Of a stretch of 64,000 nucleotides of DNA, positions 28,723 to 39,188 are shown piece by piece. The first letter of the stretch is position 1. Each line of letters begins with the position of its first letter. The translations under genes were made by a program, and so were the position numbers. The DNA comes from an uncultured Gemmatimonadales bacterium. GTDB taxonomy: Bacteria; Gemmatimonadota; Gemmatimonadetes; Gemmatimonadales; GWC2-71-9. The DNA lies in NCBI GenBank assembly GCA_963779755.1, contig CAVZZO010000003.1:448001-512000 (forward strand), written 5' to 3'. The notes beneath the pieces were generated by a model. It saw only the letters and a list, made by a program, of their open reading frames with translations, was not told the origin of the DNA and searched no databases.

Positions 28723-30471
28723 ATGACCGGCTCCCCCATCGGCATGGCCGAGTACTTCAGCATGGAGGCGGGCGAATACCTCGACCGCCTGCGTACCATG
28801 CTGTCCGGTGCCGAGCCGCCCCCGGCGGATGACTTCGTGCGCTACAGCCGAGCCCTCCGGGGCAGCGCCCTCATGGCGAACCAGCAGCTGGTGGCCCGGG
28901 TCGCCGCGGGGCTGGAAGCTATTGCCAAGGGGTTCCGCGAACAGAAACGCGAGTGGGACGGCGAAACCAGCCGGCGGTCGCGGGGCGCGGTGGATGAGCT
29001 GTCGGACCTGGTGCGGCGGGTGGGCAACTGGAGTGACGGCGAATCGCAGCGCGCCGAGAAGCTGGCGCTCGATCTCGAGGTCTTTACCGGGATCGCCTCT
29101 CCCGGCCGGCCGCGGGTCACCCCGTCTTCCAACACCGGTGTCGGCACAGCCGATTCCGGGGTGCGCGCCTTCGTAGCCCGCGAGGGCGCGCTCGCGGCCG
29201 GCGCACTGGATCGCGCGGGACGCGCCTTGCGCAGCGCGCCCACGGCGCACGAGCCGCTCTATGCGGTGCTCCGCCGGCTGCAAACGCTCCGCGGCCTGGC
29301 GGCGCTGCCCGACCTGACGCCGCTCCCCGACATTCTGGACAGCGTCGAGCTGGCGGTCGGGGAGCTGACCCGCTCCTTTGCGCCGCCGCCGGGCGTCGAC
29401 CAGGTCCTGGACGCCGCGGCGCAGGCCATCTCCCGCGCGGGCCGCGACGTGGCCCAGACCGGCCAGCCGGTCGCCGACAGTCCCGAGGCCCGCCGGTTTA
29501 CCGACCTGCTGGTGCGGACCTTCACGGCGGAAGAGGATGTGGTCCCGGTAGAAGAGCTCTTTTTCGAAGGCGAGGAGGGCACCGTACGCCGCGGGCTGGC
29601 CCCGCAGCAGGGCCCCCTGGGCCAGCTGTCCAGCCTGGAGCTGGTGAGCCAGGGAGAGCATCTCTGCCAGGCAGCCGCCGAACTGCTCCGCGCCCATACA
29701 ACCATCGAGCGCGATCTGCGGACCTTCCGGCTGGGCATCTCGCTGCGGGCGCTGGAGATGGCGGTGGGCGCGGAAATCCCCCGTGCCCTTCCCGTCTTCG
29801 CCGCCACGGCGCGCGATCTCATCGTCCGCGGCCTTATCGGCGATGCCAGCGAGGACTTCGCCGCCCGGCTGCGCGAGGCCGGCGAGCTGCTGCGCGCCCA
29901 GGCCGGCCCCGAAGGCGGAAGCGCGGCGCTGAACGAGGGCCTCCGGCGCCTCGCGCGCGAGCTTCGCGTGCTGGCCGGCCAGAGCCCCGACGTCCTGGTC
30001 TCACCGCCGGTGCCCCAGGCCCCCGAGCCTGACGAGGAAGCGGAGCCGCCCGTCGTCCCCATCGAGAACCTGCTGCTGGCCGAACCCGACGCCGCAGCTG
30101 CCGCCGAGACGCCCGGGCAGCCGGAGGAGGAAGCGCCACAGCCCGCCGCCAGCCAGGAGGCCCGCGCGGCCGAGCCTGAACTCGAGCCTTCCAGTCTCTC
30201 CCGCAGCATCGCCACGCTGGGGCGGCTGCTCCGCGAGCGCGGCCGCGGCCCCGCCTCGCTCCGGGAGTTGCTGGCCGGCGGCGCCGGCCGGCCGGAACCC
30301 GCCATCGTGGCTATTGAAGAGATCTGCTACCGGGGCATCAGCGCGCGGGAGCGGGCGGCGGCGGTGCGGCGGGAGTTGGAGGGCATCCTCCGCGCCGGCA
30401 CCGACCTGCTGCGGGTTCGGCCGCTGCTGGACGAGCTGGTGGATCTGGTGGATCTCGCCGTCGGTGGCTGA
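28723..30471 (+). CDS. Hypothetical helical protein with degenerate HPt-like domains
   Basis: EYFSMEAGEYLDRL...SRALRGSALMA...AAGLE resembles HPt (AHTLKGSA) but lacks the His. Confidence 0.7.
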   Translation: MTGSPIGMAEYFSMEAGEYLDRLRTMLSGAEPPPADDFVRYSRALRGSALMANQQLVARVAAGLEAIAKGFREQKREWDGETSRRSRGAVDELSDLVRRVGNWSDGESQRAEKLALDLEVFTGIASPGRPRVTPSSNTGVGTADSGVRAFVAREGALAAGALDRAGRALRSAPTAHEPLYAVLRRLQTLRGLAALPDLTPLPDILDSVELAVGELTRSFAPPPGVDQVLDAAAQAISRAGRDVAQTGQPVADSPEARRFTDLLVRTFTAEEDVVPVEELFFEGEEGTVRRGLAPQQGPLGQLSSLELVSQGEHLCQAAAELLRAHTTIERDLRTFRLGISLRALEMAVGAEIPRALPVFAATARDLIVRGLIGDASEDFAARLREAGELLRAQAGPEGGSAALNEGLRRLARELRVLAGQSPDVLVSPPVPQAPEPDEEAEPPVVPIENLLLAEPDAAAAAETPGQPEEEAPQPAASQEARAAEPELEPSSLSRSIATLGRLLRERGRGPASLRELLAGGAGRPEPAIVAIEEICYRGISARERAAAVRRELEGILRAGTDLLRVRPLLDELVDLVDLAVGG

Positions 30472-31513
30472 ACCGGACAGCCGAGCGCCCGCGGTACCCG
30501 CCGGCGGCGGCCGCGCCCAGCTCTGGCGGACGCTGCTGGCGGTTTCCCTGTCGGCCGCTTTCCTCTATTGGGCGCTCCGGGGCGTTCACTTCTCCGACGT
30601 GCTGCACCTTCTGGGCGAGGTCCGCGCCTGGCCCATCGTCATCACCGTTGCCCTCGCCACCAGCACCTTCGTGCTCCGGATCTTCCGCTGGCGCATCCTG
30701 TTGCGCGGCCCCGGCGGTGAACCGCTGCCCACCGGCCCGCTCTGGCATGCCATTGCCATCGGATTCATGGCCAACAACGTGCTGCCCTTCCGCACCGGCG
30801 AACTGCTGCGCAGCCTGGTGATCACCCGGCTCACCCGGACCCGGCTCACCAGCGCGCTGTCGTCCATCGCCGCCGAGCGGCTGTTCGACGGCATCGCGAT
30901 TGTGCTCCTCCTGGCGGTCGGCCTGATCTTTTCGGGACTTCCCGCCGACGCCGGCGTGCAGGGGCATTCCCTGCGGCACATCGCGATCTCGGCCGGAGCG
31001 GTGTTCGCCGCCGGGCTGGTGGTGGCAGCGCTGGTGGTGGCCTTTCCGCGGCAGGCCGAGGCCGTGGTCCGGCGGATGGTGCCCTTTCCCCGGCTGGCTG
31101 AGCGGCTGGTTGCCCTGATCGAAGGCGTGGTACACGGCCTCTCGGTGCTGCAGTCGCCGGCGCGCATGCTGGTGGTGCTCGCCTGGTCGCTGTTCATCTG
31201 GTCGGTGAACGTACTGTCGTTCTATGTGGCGTTCTCCGCCTTCGCCATCCCGGTGAACTTCTTCGGGGCCATGCTGCTGCAGGGCATCCTCGCCTTCGCC
31301 ATTTCGGTACCGTCGGCGCCGGGATACGTGGGCGTGTTCGAAACCGCCATCAAGGCGACGCTGCTGCTCTACGGCATCGGCGAAGACCGGGCGGTCACCT
31401 ACGCCCTGGTCTATCACGCCACCACCTTCCTGCCCATCACCCTGCTCGGCGCCTGGTCGCTGGCCCGCACCGGTATCGGCCTGCGCTCGCTGCGGCGGGC
31501 CGCATCCGCCTGA
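30464..31513 (+). CDS. Lysylphosphatidylglycerol synthase TM-region / flippase-like membrane protein (UPF0104)
   Basis: LRIFRWRILL, GFMANNVLPFRTGELLR, ERLFDG, PSAPGYVGVFE. Confidence 0.88.
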   Translation: MAEPDSRAPAVPAGGGRAQLWRTLLAVSLSAAFLYWALRGVHFSDVLHLLGEVRAWPIVITVALATSTFVLRIFRWRILLRGPGGEPLPTGPLWHAIAIGFMANNVLPFRTGELLRSLVITRLTRTRLTSALSSIAAERLFDGIAIVLLLAVGLIFSGLPADAGVQGHSLRHIAISAGAVFAAGLVVAALVVAFPRQAEAVVRRMVPFPRLAERLVALIEGVVHGLSVLQSPARMLVVLAWSLFIWSVNVLSFYVAFSAFAIPVNFFGAMLLQGILAFAISVPSAPGYVGVFETAIKATLLLYGIGEDRAVTYALVYHATTFLPITLLGAWSLARTGIGLRSLRRAASA

Positions 31514-31515
31514 TC

Positions 31516-32409
31516 ATGGAGCGGGTACGCATCGCGGCGCACGCCAAGGTGAACCTGCTGCTCCGCATTCTGGCGCGTGAAGCGGACGGATACCACGGGC
31601 TGGAAACGGTCTTCTGCCTGCTCGACCTGGCCGATGAGCTGGTGGCGGAGACACGGGATGAGCCGGGCGTCATCCTGCGCAGCGAAGGGCCGGATCTGGG
31701 ACCGCCCGAGGAGAACCTTGCCGTGCGGGCCGCCCGCCTGGTTCTGCAAGCCACCGGCAGCCGTGCCGGGGTGGCGTTGACGCTCACCAAGCGGGTCCCG
31801 GTCCGGGCGGGGCTGGGCGGAGGCTCCAGCGATGCGGCCGCCGCCCTCCTGGCGGTGAACCGCCTGGCGGGCCATGCCGTGCCCCATCACGAACTGCTGC
31901 AGTTCGCCGCCCGGCTGGGGAGCGACACCGCCTTCTTCCTGAGCGCCGCGCCCCTGGCGCTGGCCTGGAACCGGGGCGAGCGTCTCCTGCGGCTGCCGCC
32001 GCTCCCGGCCGCGCCGGCCCTGGTGGTCGTCCCCCCGGTCGCCGTCTCCACGGCGGAGGCGTATCGCTGGGTAGACGAGGCCAGGCTGGCGGAGGGGCAC
32101 CGCGGGGCGCTGGCACTCGACCTGGACGACCTGACCTCCTGGGGCAGCATCGGCCGGATGGCGGGTAACACGTTCGAATCCGCCGTGTTCGGCCGGCACC
32201 CCGAGCTGCGCCAGGCCTACGAGGCCCTGGCCGCGACCCGGCCGCTGGTCTGCCGGTTGTCGGGCAGCGGCTCGTCGCTGTTTGCGGTCTATCGCTCCGA
32301 GGGCGACCGGGAGGAGGCGCGGATGATGCTGGGACGGAAGCATGGAGCCGTCCTCAGCGTCCGCACCATGTCCGGTCCGCCGGCCGGCCCGGAAGAGCGT
32401 GAGGCGTAA
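31516..32409 (+). CDS. ispE: 4-diphosphocytidyl-2-C-methyl-D-erythritol kinase
   Basis: AHAKVNLLL, DGYH, PVRAGLGGGSSDAA, LSGSGS. Confidence 0.96.
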   Translation: MERVRIAAHAKVNLLLRILAREADGYHGLETVFCLLDLADELVAETRDEPGVILRSEGPDLGPPEENLAVRAARLVLQATGSRAGVALTLTKRVPVRAGLGGGSSDAAAALLAVNRLAGHAVPHHELLQFAARLGSDTAFFLSAAPLALAWNRGERLLRLPPLPAAPALVVVPPVAVSTAEAYRWVDEARLAEGHRGALALDLDDLTSWGSIGRMAGNTFESAVFGRHPELRQAYEALAATRPLVCRLSGSGSSLFAVYRSEGDREEARMMLGRKHGAVLSVRTMSGPPAGPEEREA

Positions 32410-32492
32410 GGCGTGAGGCGGGAAGCGCAGGGGAAACGGGAAAGGGGAATCGGGAAAGGTCCTGTTCCCCTTTTCCCTTTTCCCGCTTCCCG
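32397..32492. repeat. Heptamer arrays: GGCGTRA family over the ispE stop, then GGGAAAS / TTTCCC inverted pair
   Basis: gcgtga ggcgtaa ggcgtga ggcggga; gggaaac gggaaag gggaatc gggaaag ... gttcccc ttttccct tttcccg cttcccg. Confidence 0.85.
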
Positions 32493-32517
32493 CAATTCTG
32501 TACCTTCCCTGCAGCTC

Positions 32518-32588
32518 TGGCCCTTCGTCCAATGGCAGGACATCAGACTTTGGATCTGAGAATGGTGGTTCGAATCCACCAGGGCCAA
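32518..32588 (+). tRNA. tRNA-Gln(TTG)
   Basis: Acceptor TGGCCCT/AGGGCCA, anticodon arm TCAGA-CTTTGGA-TCTGA, GGTTCGAATCC; usual ispE-tRNA-Gln-prs context. Confidence 0.95.
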
Positions 32589-32589
32589 T

Positions 32590-32670
32590 GAGGACGGCAG
32601 GGCATCGCTGGGGGCAATCTGGCCCCTCCTCAGCCTGCCGTCTTGCCGCCTTGCCGTCGTGCCGTCGTGC
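32590..32670. repeat. Octamer array (TGCCGTCK family) with short inverted partner
   Basis: gacggcag ... ctgccgtc ttgccgcc ttgccgtc gtgccgtc. Confidence 0.7.
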
Positions 32671-32700
32671 TTGACCTAACCCCAAGCAACCAGCTACTTT
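32671..32700 (+). promoter_or_regulatory. Putative sigma70 promoter for prs
   Basis: TTGACC-18nt-TACTTT. Confidence 0.55.
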
Positions 32701-32713
32701 CTCGGGCTGTCTT

Positions 32714-33667
32714 ATGGCCGATCTGTCGATGTCGCGCAGCCAGATGCTCCTCCTCGCCGGGTCGGGGAATCCCGCCTTGGCCGAAGAGCTCGCCGGGTAC
32801 CTGGAACAGCCGCTCTGCCGGGTGACCAACCGGCGGTTTGCGGATGGCGAAATATTCGTCAAGATCGACGAAAACGTCCGGGGGCGGGATGTCTACATCA
32901 TCCAGCCCACCAATCCGCCGGCCGAGAACCTGCTCGAGCTGCTGCTCCTCATGGATGCGGCCAAGCGGGCCAGCGCGGCGCGGATCACGGCGGTCATCCC
33001 CTACTTCGGGTATGCCCGCCAGGACCGGAAAGACCAGCCGCGGGTGGCCATCAGCGCCAAGCTCATGGCCAACATGGTTTCCACCGCGGGAGCGGACCGG
33101 GTGCTGGGAATGGATTTCCACCAGCACCAGATGCAGGGGTTCTTCGACCTGCCGGTAGATCACCTCTACGCGGCGCCGGTGCTGGTGAACCATTTCCGGC
33201 AGATCGCGCTGAAGGACCCGGTGGTGGTGGCGCCCGACGTGGGGTCGGCCAAGATGGCACGGGGCTTCGCCAAGCGGCTCAACGCCTCGCTGGCCATCAT
33301 CGACAAGCGGCGTCCCTCGGCCAACATCGCCGAGGTCGTGAATGTGGTCGGCGAGGTGCGGGGGCGCGATTGCGTCATCCCGGACGACATGGTCGATACC
33401 GCCGGCACCATGACGGAAGCGGTCCACGCGCTCAAGCGGCTGGGCGCCAACGATATTTACTGCTGCGCCACCCACGCCCTGCTCTCGGGGCCCGCGGTGG
33501 AGCGGCTGCAGGCCAGTCCGGTGAAGGAAGTGGTGGTGACCAACACCATCGCCATTCCGCCGGAGCGCCGGTTCGACCGGCTCAAGGTGCTGTCCATCGC
33601 CGGGCTGCTGGCCAAGGCGATCGGCTATACCCACAGCGACCAGTCAGTCAGCTCGCTGTTCGACTGA
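32714..33667 (+). CDS. prs: Ribose-phosphate pyrophosphokinase
   Basis: FADGEI, PYFGYARQDRK, QGFFD, DDMVDTAGT. Confidence 0.97.
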   Translation: MADLSMSRSQMLLLAGSGNPALAEELAGYLEQPLCRVTNRRFADGEIFVKIDENVRGRDVYIIQPTNPPAENLLELLLLMDAAKRASAARITAVIPYFGYARQDRKDQPRVAISAKLMANMVSTAGADRVLGMDFHQHQMQGFFDLPVDHLYAAPVLVNHFRQIALKDPVVVAPDVGSAKMARGFAKRLNASLAIIDKRRPSANIAEVVNVVGEVRGRDCVIPDDMVDTAGTMTEAVHALKRLGANDIYCCATHALLSGPAVERLQASPVKEVVVTNTIAIPPERRFDRLKVLSIAGLLAKAIGYTHSDQSVSSLFD

Positions 33668-33687
33668 ACCAGGAAGGACACAGGACC

Positions 33688-34356
33688 ATGGCGGAATTGG
33701 CGACACTGCCGGCCGAGGCGCGGCAGGCGACGGGCAAGGGCGCGGCGCGCACGCTGCGCCGCGAAGGCAGGGTTCCCGCGGTGATCTACGGCCACGGGCG
33801 CGCGGCCGAGGCGCTGGCGATCGACGCCACCGCGCTGCAGAAGGTGCTGGGCAACGCCACCATGTCGACCGTCATCGACGTCTCGCTCGACGGCAAGGAG
33901 CCGGTCAAGGCGCTGATCCGCGAGATCCAGCGCAACCCGGTCCGCCCGGCCGAGATCCTGCATCTTGACCTCTACGAGGTGCGGAGCGATGAGACGGTCA
34001 CCGTCGAGGTGCCCGTGCACCTGATCGGCGTGCCCGACGGCGTGCGCAACGCCGGCGGCGTGCTGGATCACTCCCTGCGCGAACTGGAAATCGAGGTGCT
34101 GCCGGGCAACATTCCGGCCAGCATCGACATCGACGTCACCGCGCTGACCATCGGCCATTCCATCTTCGTGCGCGACGTGCAGCGGCCCGATATCGAGATC
34201 CTCAACGATCCCGACGTGCCCATCTGCTCCGTGGTGCCGCCGCGCACCGAGGAAGCCGCCGTCGTGACCGCCACCGAGGCGGTCGCCGAGGGTGAACCGG
34301 AGCTGATCCGGAAGCCCAAGCCCGAGGAGGAGGGCGAGGGCGAAGCCAAGGGCTGA
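33688..34356 (+). CDS. rplY: 50S ribosomal protein L25/Ctc
   Basis: GKGAARTLRREGRVPAVIYG, ILHLDL, GGVL, acidic tail; RBS upstream. Confidence 0.95.
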   Translation: MAELATLPAEARQATGKGAARTLRREGRVPAVIYGHGRAAEALAIDATALQKVLGNATMSTVIDVSLDGKEPVKALIREIQRNPVRPAEILHLDLYEVRSDETVTVEVPVHLIGVPDGVRNAGGVLDHSLRELEIEVLPGNIPASIDIDVTALTIGHSIFVRDVQRPDIEILNDPDVPICSVVPPRTEEAAVVTATEAVAEGEPELIRKPKPEEEGEGEAKG

Positions 34357-34359
34357 CCG

Positions 34360-34926
34360 CTGCGCGTCATCGTGGGCCTGGGAAACCCGGGCCCGGAGTA
34401 CGCGGCGACCCGGCATAATGCCGGGTTCCGGCTGGCCGACTTCCTGGCGGCGCGCTGGTCCCTTCCCCCCTTCCGGCGGGAGGGGCCGGCCCGGCTCACC
34501 GAGGGCCACTGGCAGGACCGGCCGGTCCGGCTGATCAAACCCCTGACCTACATGAACCGGAGCGGGGCGGCGCTTGCCCCGCTCCGGCTGCTTCCGGACT
34601 TCGATCCGGCAAACGACCTGCTCATCCTGGTGGATGATGTGGCGCTGCCCGTGGGACGCTTCCGCCTGCGGGGGTTCGGTTCGGCGGGCGGCCATAACGG
34701 CCTCAAGAGCATCGAGGGCGCGCTGCGGAGCCAGGATTATGCCCGCCTGCGGATTGGCGTGGGGCCGGTCCCCGAAGGGCTGGATGACCTGGCGGATTAT
34801 GTGCTGGACCAGTCGGACCCGGACGAGTGGGCCGCCCTGGAGGCGCTCCAGCCCCCGATGGCCGAGGCGGTGGAGTGCTGGATGGCCGAGGGAATCGAAC
34901 CCGCCATGAATCGGTATAACCGCTGA
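34360..34926 (+). CDS. pth: Peptidyl-tRNA hydrolase (probable CTG start)
   Basis: (L)[47 protein letters not shown]. Confidence 0.95.
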   Translation: MRVIVGLGNPGPEYAATRHNAGFRLADFLAARWSLPPFRREGPARLTEGHWQDRPVRLIKPLTYMNRSGAALAPLRLLPDFDPANDLLILVDDVALPVGRFRLRGFGSAGGHNGLKSIEGALRSQDYARLRIGVGPVPEGLDDLADYVLDQSDPDEWAALEALQPPMAEAVECWMAEGIEPAMNRYNR

Positions 34927-34936
34927 CGGAGGAGTC

Positions 34937-36985
<2,049 letters not shown>

Positions 36986-36988
<3 letters not shown>

Positions 36989-37037
36989 TCGTTAGCAGCC
37001 GTTGGTCGTTGGTCGTTAGTCATTGGTCGTTGGTCGT
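36986..37037. repeat. Heptamer array (TRGTCRT) x~7, left arm of four-helix-bundle cassette
   Basis: tagtcgt tagcagccgt tggtcgt tggtcgt tagtcat tggtcgt tggtcgt; begins at hppA TAG. Confidence 0.9.
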
Positions 37038-37435
37038 TCTTCCTTGCTCGGTCTTTCTTTGGCCTTGGGACTCGCTCTGCGACTTCGACTCACGTGTGAA
37101 ATGAGCCCGCTCAGCATGCGGGCAATCGCCTGCACATCAGCATCCAGAAGCCTCCAGTCTGATCCGGCGAGAAACCCCAGATCGTGTGCGATGATCAACT
37201 GGCATTCGATCTCCGTTGTGGACCCCCGGGCAATTCGTAAGAACCGCTGGAGATCTCCATCTGTGCCCCGCCCGCATCCTTCCGCGACGTTTGAGAGCAG
37301 CGAGATGGATGCGCGTCGCAGCTGGCTCGAGAGCCCAAACCGTTCGTCTTCAGGGAACCGGCTGGAGACTTGGTAGATCACCTTCACCAACCGGCGGCCC
37401 CGGCGCCAGACCTCCAACTCTTTGAAATTGGCCAT
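37016..37435 (-). CDS. Four helix bundle protein (23S rRNA IVS-protein / bAvd-like family)
   Basis: MANFKELEVW...FPEDERFGLSSQLRRASISLLSNVAEGCGR...FLRIARGS..E...QL. Confidence 0.92.
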   Translation of the reverse strand: MANFKELEVWRRGRRLVKVIYQVSSRFPEDERFGLSSQLRRASISLLSNVAEGCGRGTDGDLQRFLRIARGSTTEIECQLIIAHDLGFLAGSDWRLLDADVQAIARMLSGLISHVSRSRRASPKAKERPSKEERPTTND

Positions 37436-37502
37436 GTGATATGATACGGACGCTCTCGACTTGTCCCGTACCATTTTCACGCAATCATGACCATTTTCAC
37501 CC

Positions 37503-37582
37503 ACTAACGACTAACGACTAACGACTAACGACTAGCGACTAGCGACTAGCGACTCACGACTAGCGACTAGCGACCAGCGACC
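37503..37582. repeat. Heptamer array (ACTARCG) x11, right arm of four-helix-bundle cassette
   Basis: actaacg x4, actagcg x3, actcacg, actagcg x2, accagcg; reverse complement of the left-arm unit. Confidence 0.95.
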
Positions 37583-37604
37583 ACCCAAACAGAGCTCCCA
37601 GCCC

Positions 37605-38702
37605 GTGCTCAGATTAGGCATTGTCGGTCTGCCCAATGTCGGTAAATCCACCCTCTTCAACGCCCTCACCCAGGCGGGGGCGCTGGTGGCCAACTACCCC
37701 TTTGCCACCATCGAGCCCAATACCGGCGTGGTGCAGGTGCCCGATCCCCGGCTGGATGCGCTGACCTCGATCGTGCATCCCCAGCGCACCGTCCCCGCCA
37801 CGGTCGAGTTCGTGGATATCGCGGGGCTGGTGAAGGGGGCGAGCCAGGGGGAAGGGCTGGGCAATCAGTTCCTCGCGAATATCCGCGAGGTGGACGCCAT
37901 CGTCCACGTGGTCCGCTGCTTCGAGGATCCCGATGTGCAGCATGTGATGAGCGAGGTCGACCCGGTGCGCGACCGCGAGATCGTCAACCTCGAGCTGGGC
38001 CTGGCCGACCTGGCCACGGTGGAGAAACGGCTGGATAAGAGCCAGCGCACCGCCAAGTCGGGCGACCCGCAGGCCAAGGTCGAAGCCCGGCTGCTGGAGA
38101 GGCTGCAGGAGGCGCTCTCGGCCGGCCGGCCGGCCCGCGCCGTCGAACCCTCCGACGAGGAGCGGCCGGTCTATCGCTCCTTCAACCTGCTCACCAGCAA
38201 GCCGGTGCTCTACGCCGCCAATGTGGCGGAGCAGGATGTGACGCAGGGCAACGAGCACGTCCGGGCGCTCGAAGCGGCCATCACGAAGGACAAGGAGCCG
38301 GCCGAAGTCGTCACCTTCAGTGCGAAGGTCGAAGCCGAGTTGGCCGAGTTGCCGCCGGAAGACCGGAATGACTTCCTGGAATCGCTGGGGCTGCACGAGT
38401 CCGGCCTCGACCGGCTGGCCCACGCCGCCTATCACCTCCTCGGCCTGCGCAGCTACTTCACCGCCGGCGAGAAGGAAGTCCGCGCCTGGACCATCCATGC
38501 CGGCGACAAGGCCCCCGCCGCCGCCGGCGTCATCCACAGCGATTTCGAAAAGGGATTCATCCGCGCGGAAACGGTGAGCTACGACGATTTCGTGGCCAGC
38601 GACGGGTGGAAAGGCGCCCGGGAACAGGGCCTGGTGCGGTCGGAGGGGAAAGAGTATGTGGTGCAGGACGGGGATGTGATGCTTTTTCGCTTCAATGTGT
38701 GA
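37605..38702 (+). CDS. ychF: Redox-regulated ATPase YchF
   Basis: GIVGLPNVGKSTLFN, ANYPFATIEPN, DIAGLVKGASQGEGLGNQFL, EGKEYVVQDGD. Confidence 0.97.
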   Translation: MLRLGIVGLPNVGKSTLFNALTQAGALVANYPFATIEPNTGVVQVPDPRLDALTSIVHPQRTVPATVEFVDIAGLVKGASQGEGLGNQFLANIREVDAIVHVVRCFEDPDVQHVMSEVDPVRDREIVNLELGLADLATVEKRLDKSQRTAKSGDPQAKVEARLLERLQEALSAGRPARAVEPSDEERPVYRSFNLLTSKPVLYAANVAEQDVTQGNEHVRALEAAITKDKEPAEVVTFSAKVEAELAELPPEDRNDFLESLGLHESGLDRLAHAAYHLLGLRSYFTAGEKEVRAWTIHAGDKAPAAAGVIHSDFEKGFIRAETVSYDDFVASDGWKGAREQGLVRSEGKEYVVQDGDVMLFRFNV

Positions 38703-38710
38703 GGTTTGTT

Positions 38711-38789
38711 CCTCGACCCCCTTGACCCTCTCGACCATCTCGACCGCTCAAAGGGGTCGAGGGGGTCGAGAGGGTCGAGGAGGTCAAGG
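38711..38789. repeat. Inverted pair of nonamer arrays (CTCGACCCC / GGGGTCGAG)
   Basis: ctcgacccc cttgaccct ctcgaccat ctcgacc ... ggggtcgag ggggtcgag agggtcgag gaggtcaag. Confidence 0.9.
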
Positions 38790-39188
38790 AAGGCTCCGAT
38801 TCCCCTTCGAGCCCGCACCACCGACTCCGCCGCCCGAGCGCAGTTCCTGAAGCTGGCCGCCTGGCTGGTTCCGGCGGTGGGGTTCATGCTGGCGCTGGTG
38901 GCGTGGAAACTCTTCTCCAGCGGTACCATCGAGCCGGCCGTCTTCTTCATCTTCCTCCTGCTGGACGTCGCTAGTCAGAGGCCACCTCCCCAGAAGCAGG
39001 GTCGCGAGCCCGATGCCGAGACCTCCCGGAGCGCGCGTATGTGCCCAGGGAGAGGACTCGTACTGTCTCCGTGGCGCACTTCAGCGCGCGGAGGGAGGCT
39101 CGGCGAGGGCTCGCGAAAGACGACTGGAATTGTCGGCGGTTTGTATCGACCTCTTGCCCTCGCCCTCGGCGGGCGGGATACTCATCCC

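Noticed and set aside
37016..37435. Four-helix-bundle gene as part of a diversity-generating retroelement or a 23S rRNA IVS
   Set aside because: No reverse transcriptase, template/variable repeat pair or rRNA sequence nearby.
37503..37582. Tandem arrays as a CRISPR array
   Set aside because: 7-bp units without unique spacers; no cas genes in the window.
38706..39188. 161-aa N-terminal extension of the GWxTD protein in the ORF track
   Set aside because: Translates the nonamer repeats (LDPLDPLD, SRGSRG); a clean signal peptide begins at ATG 39189.
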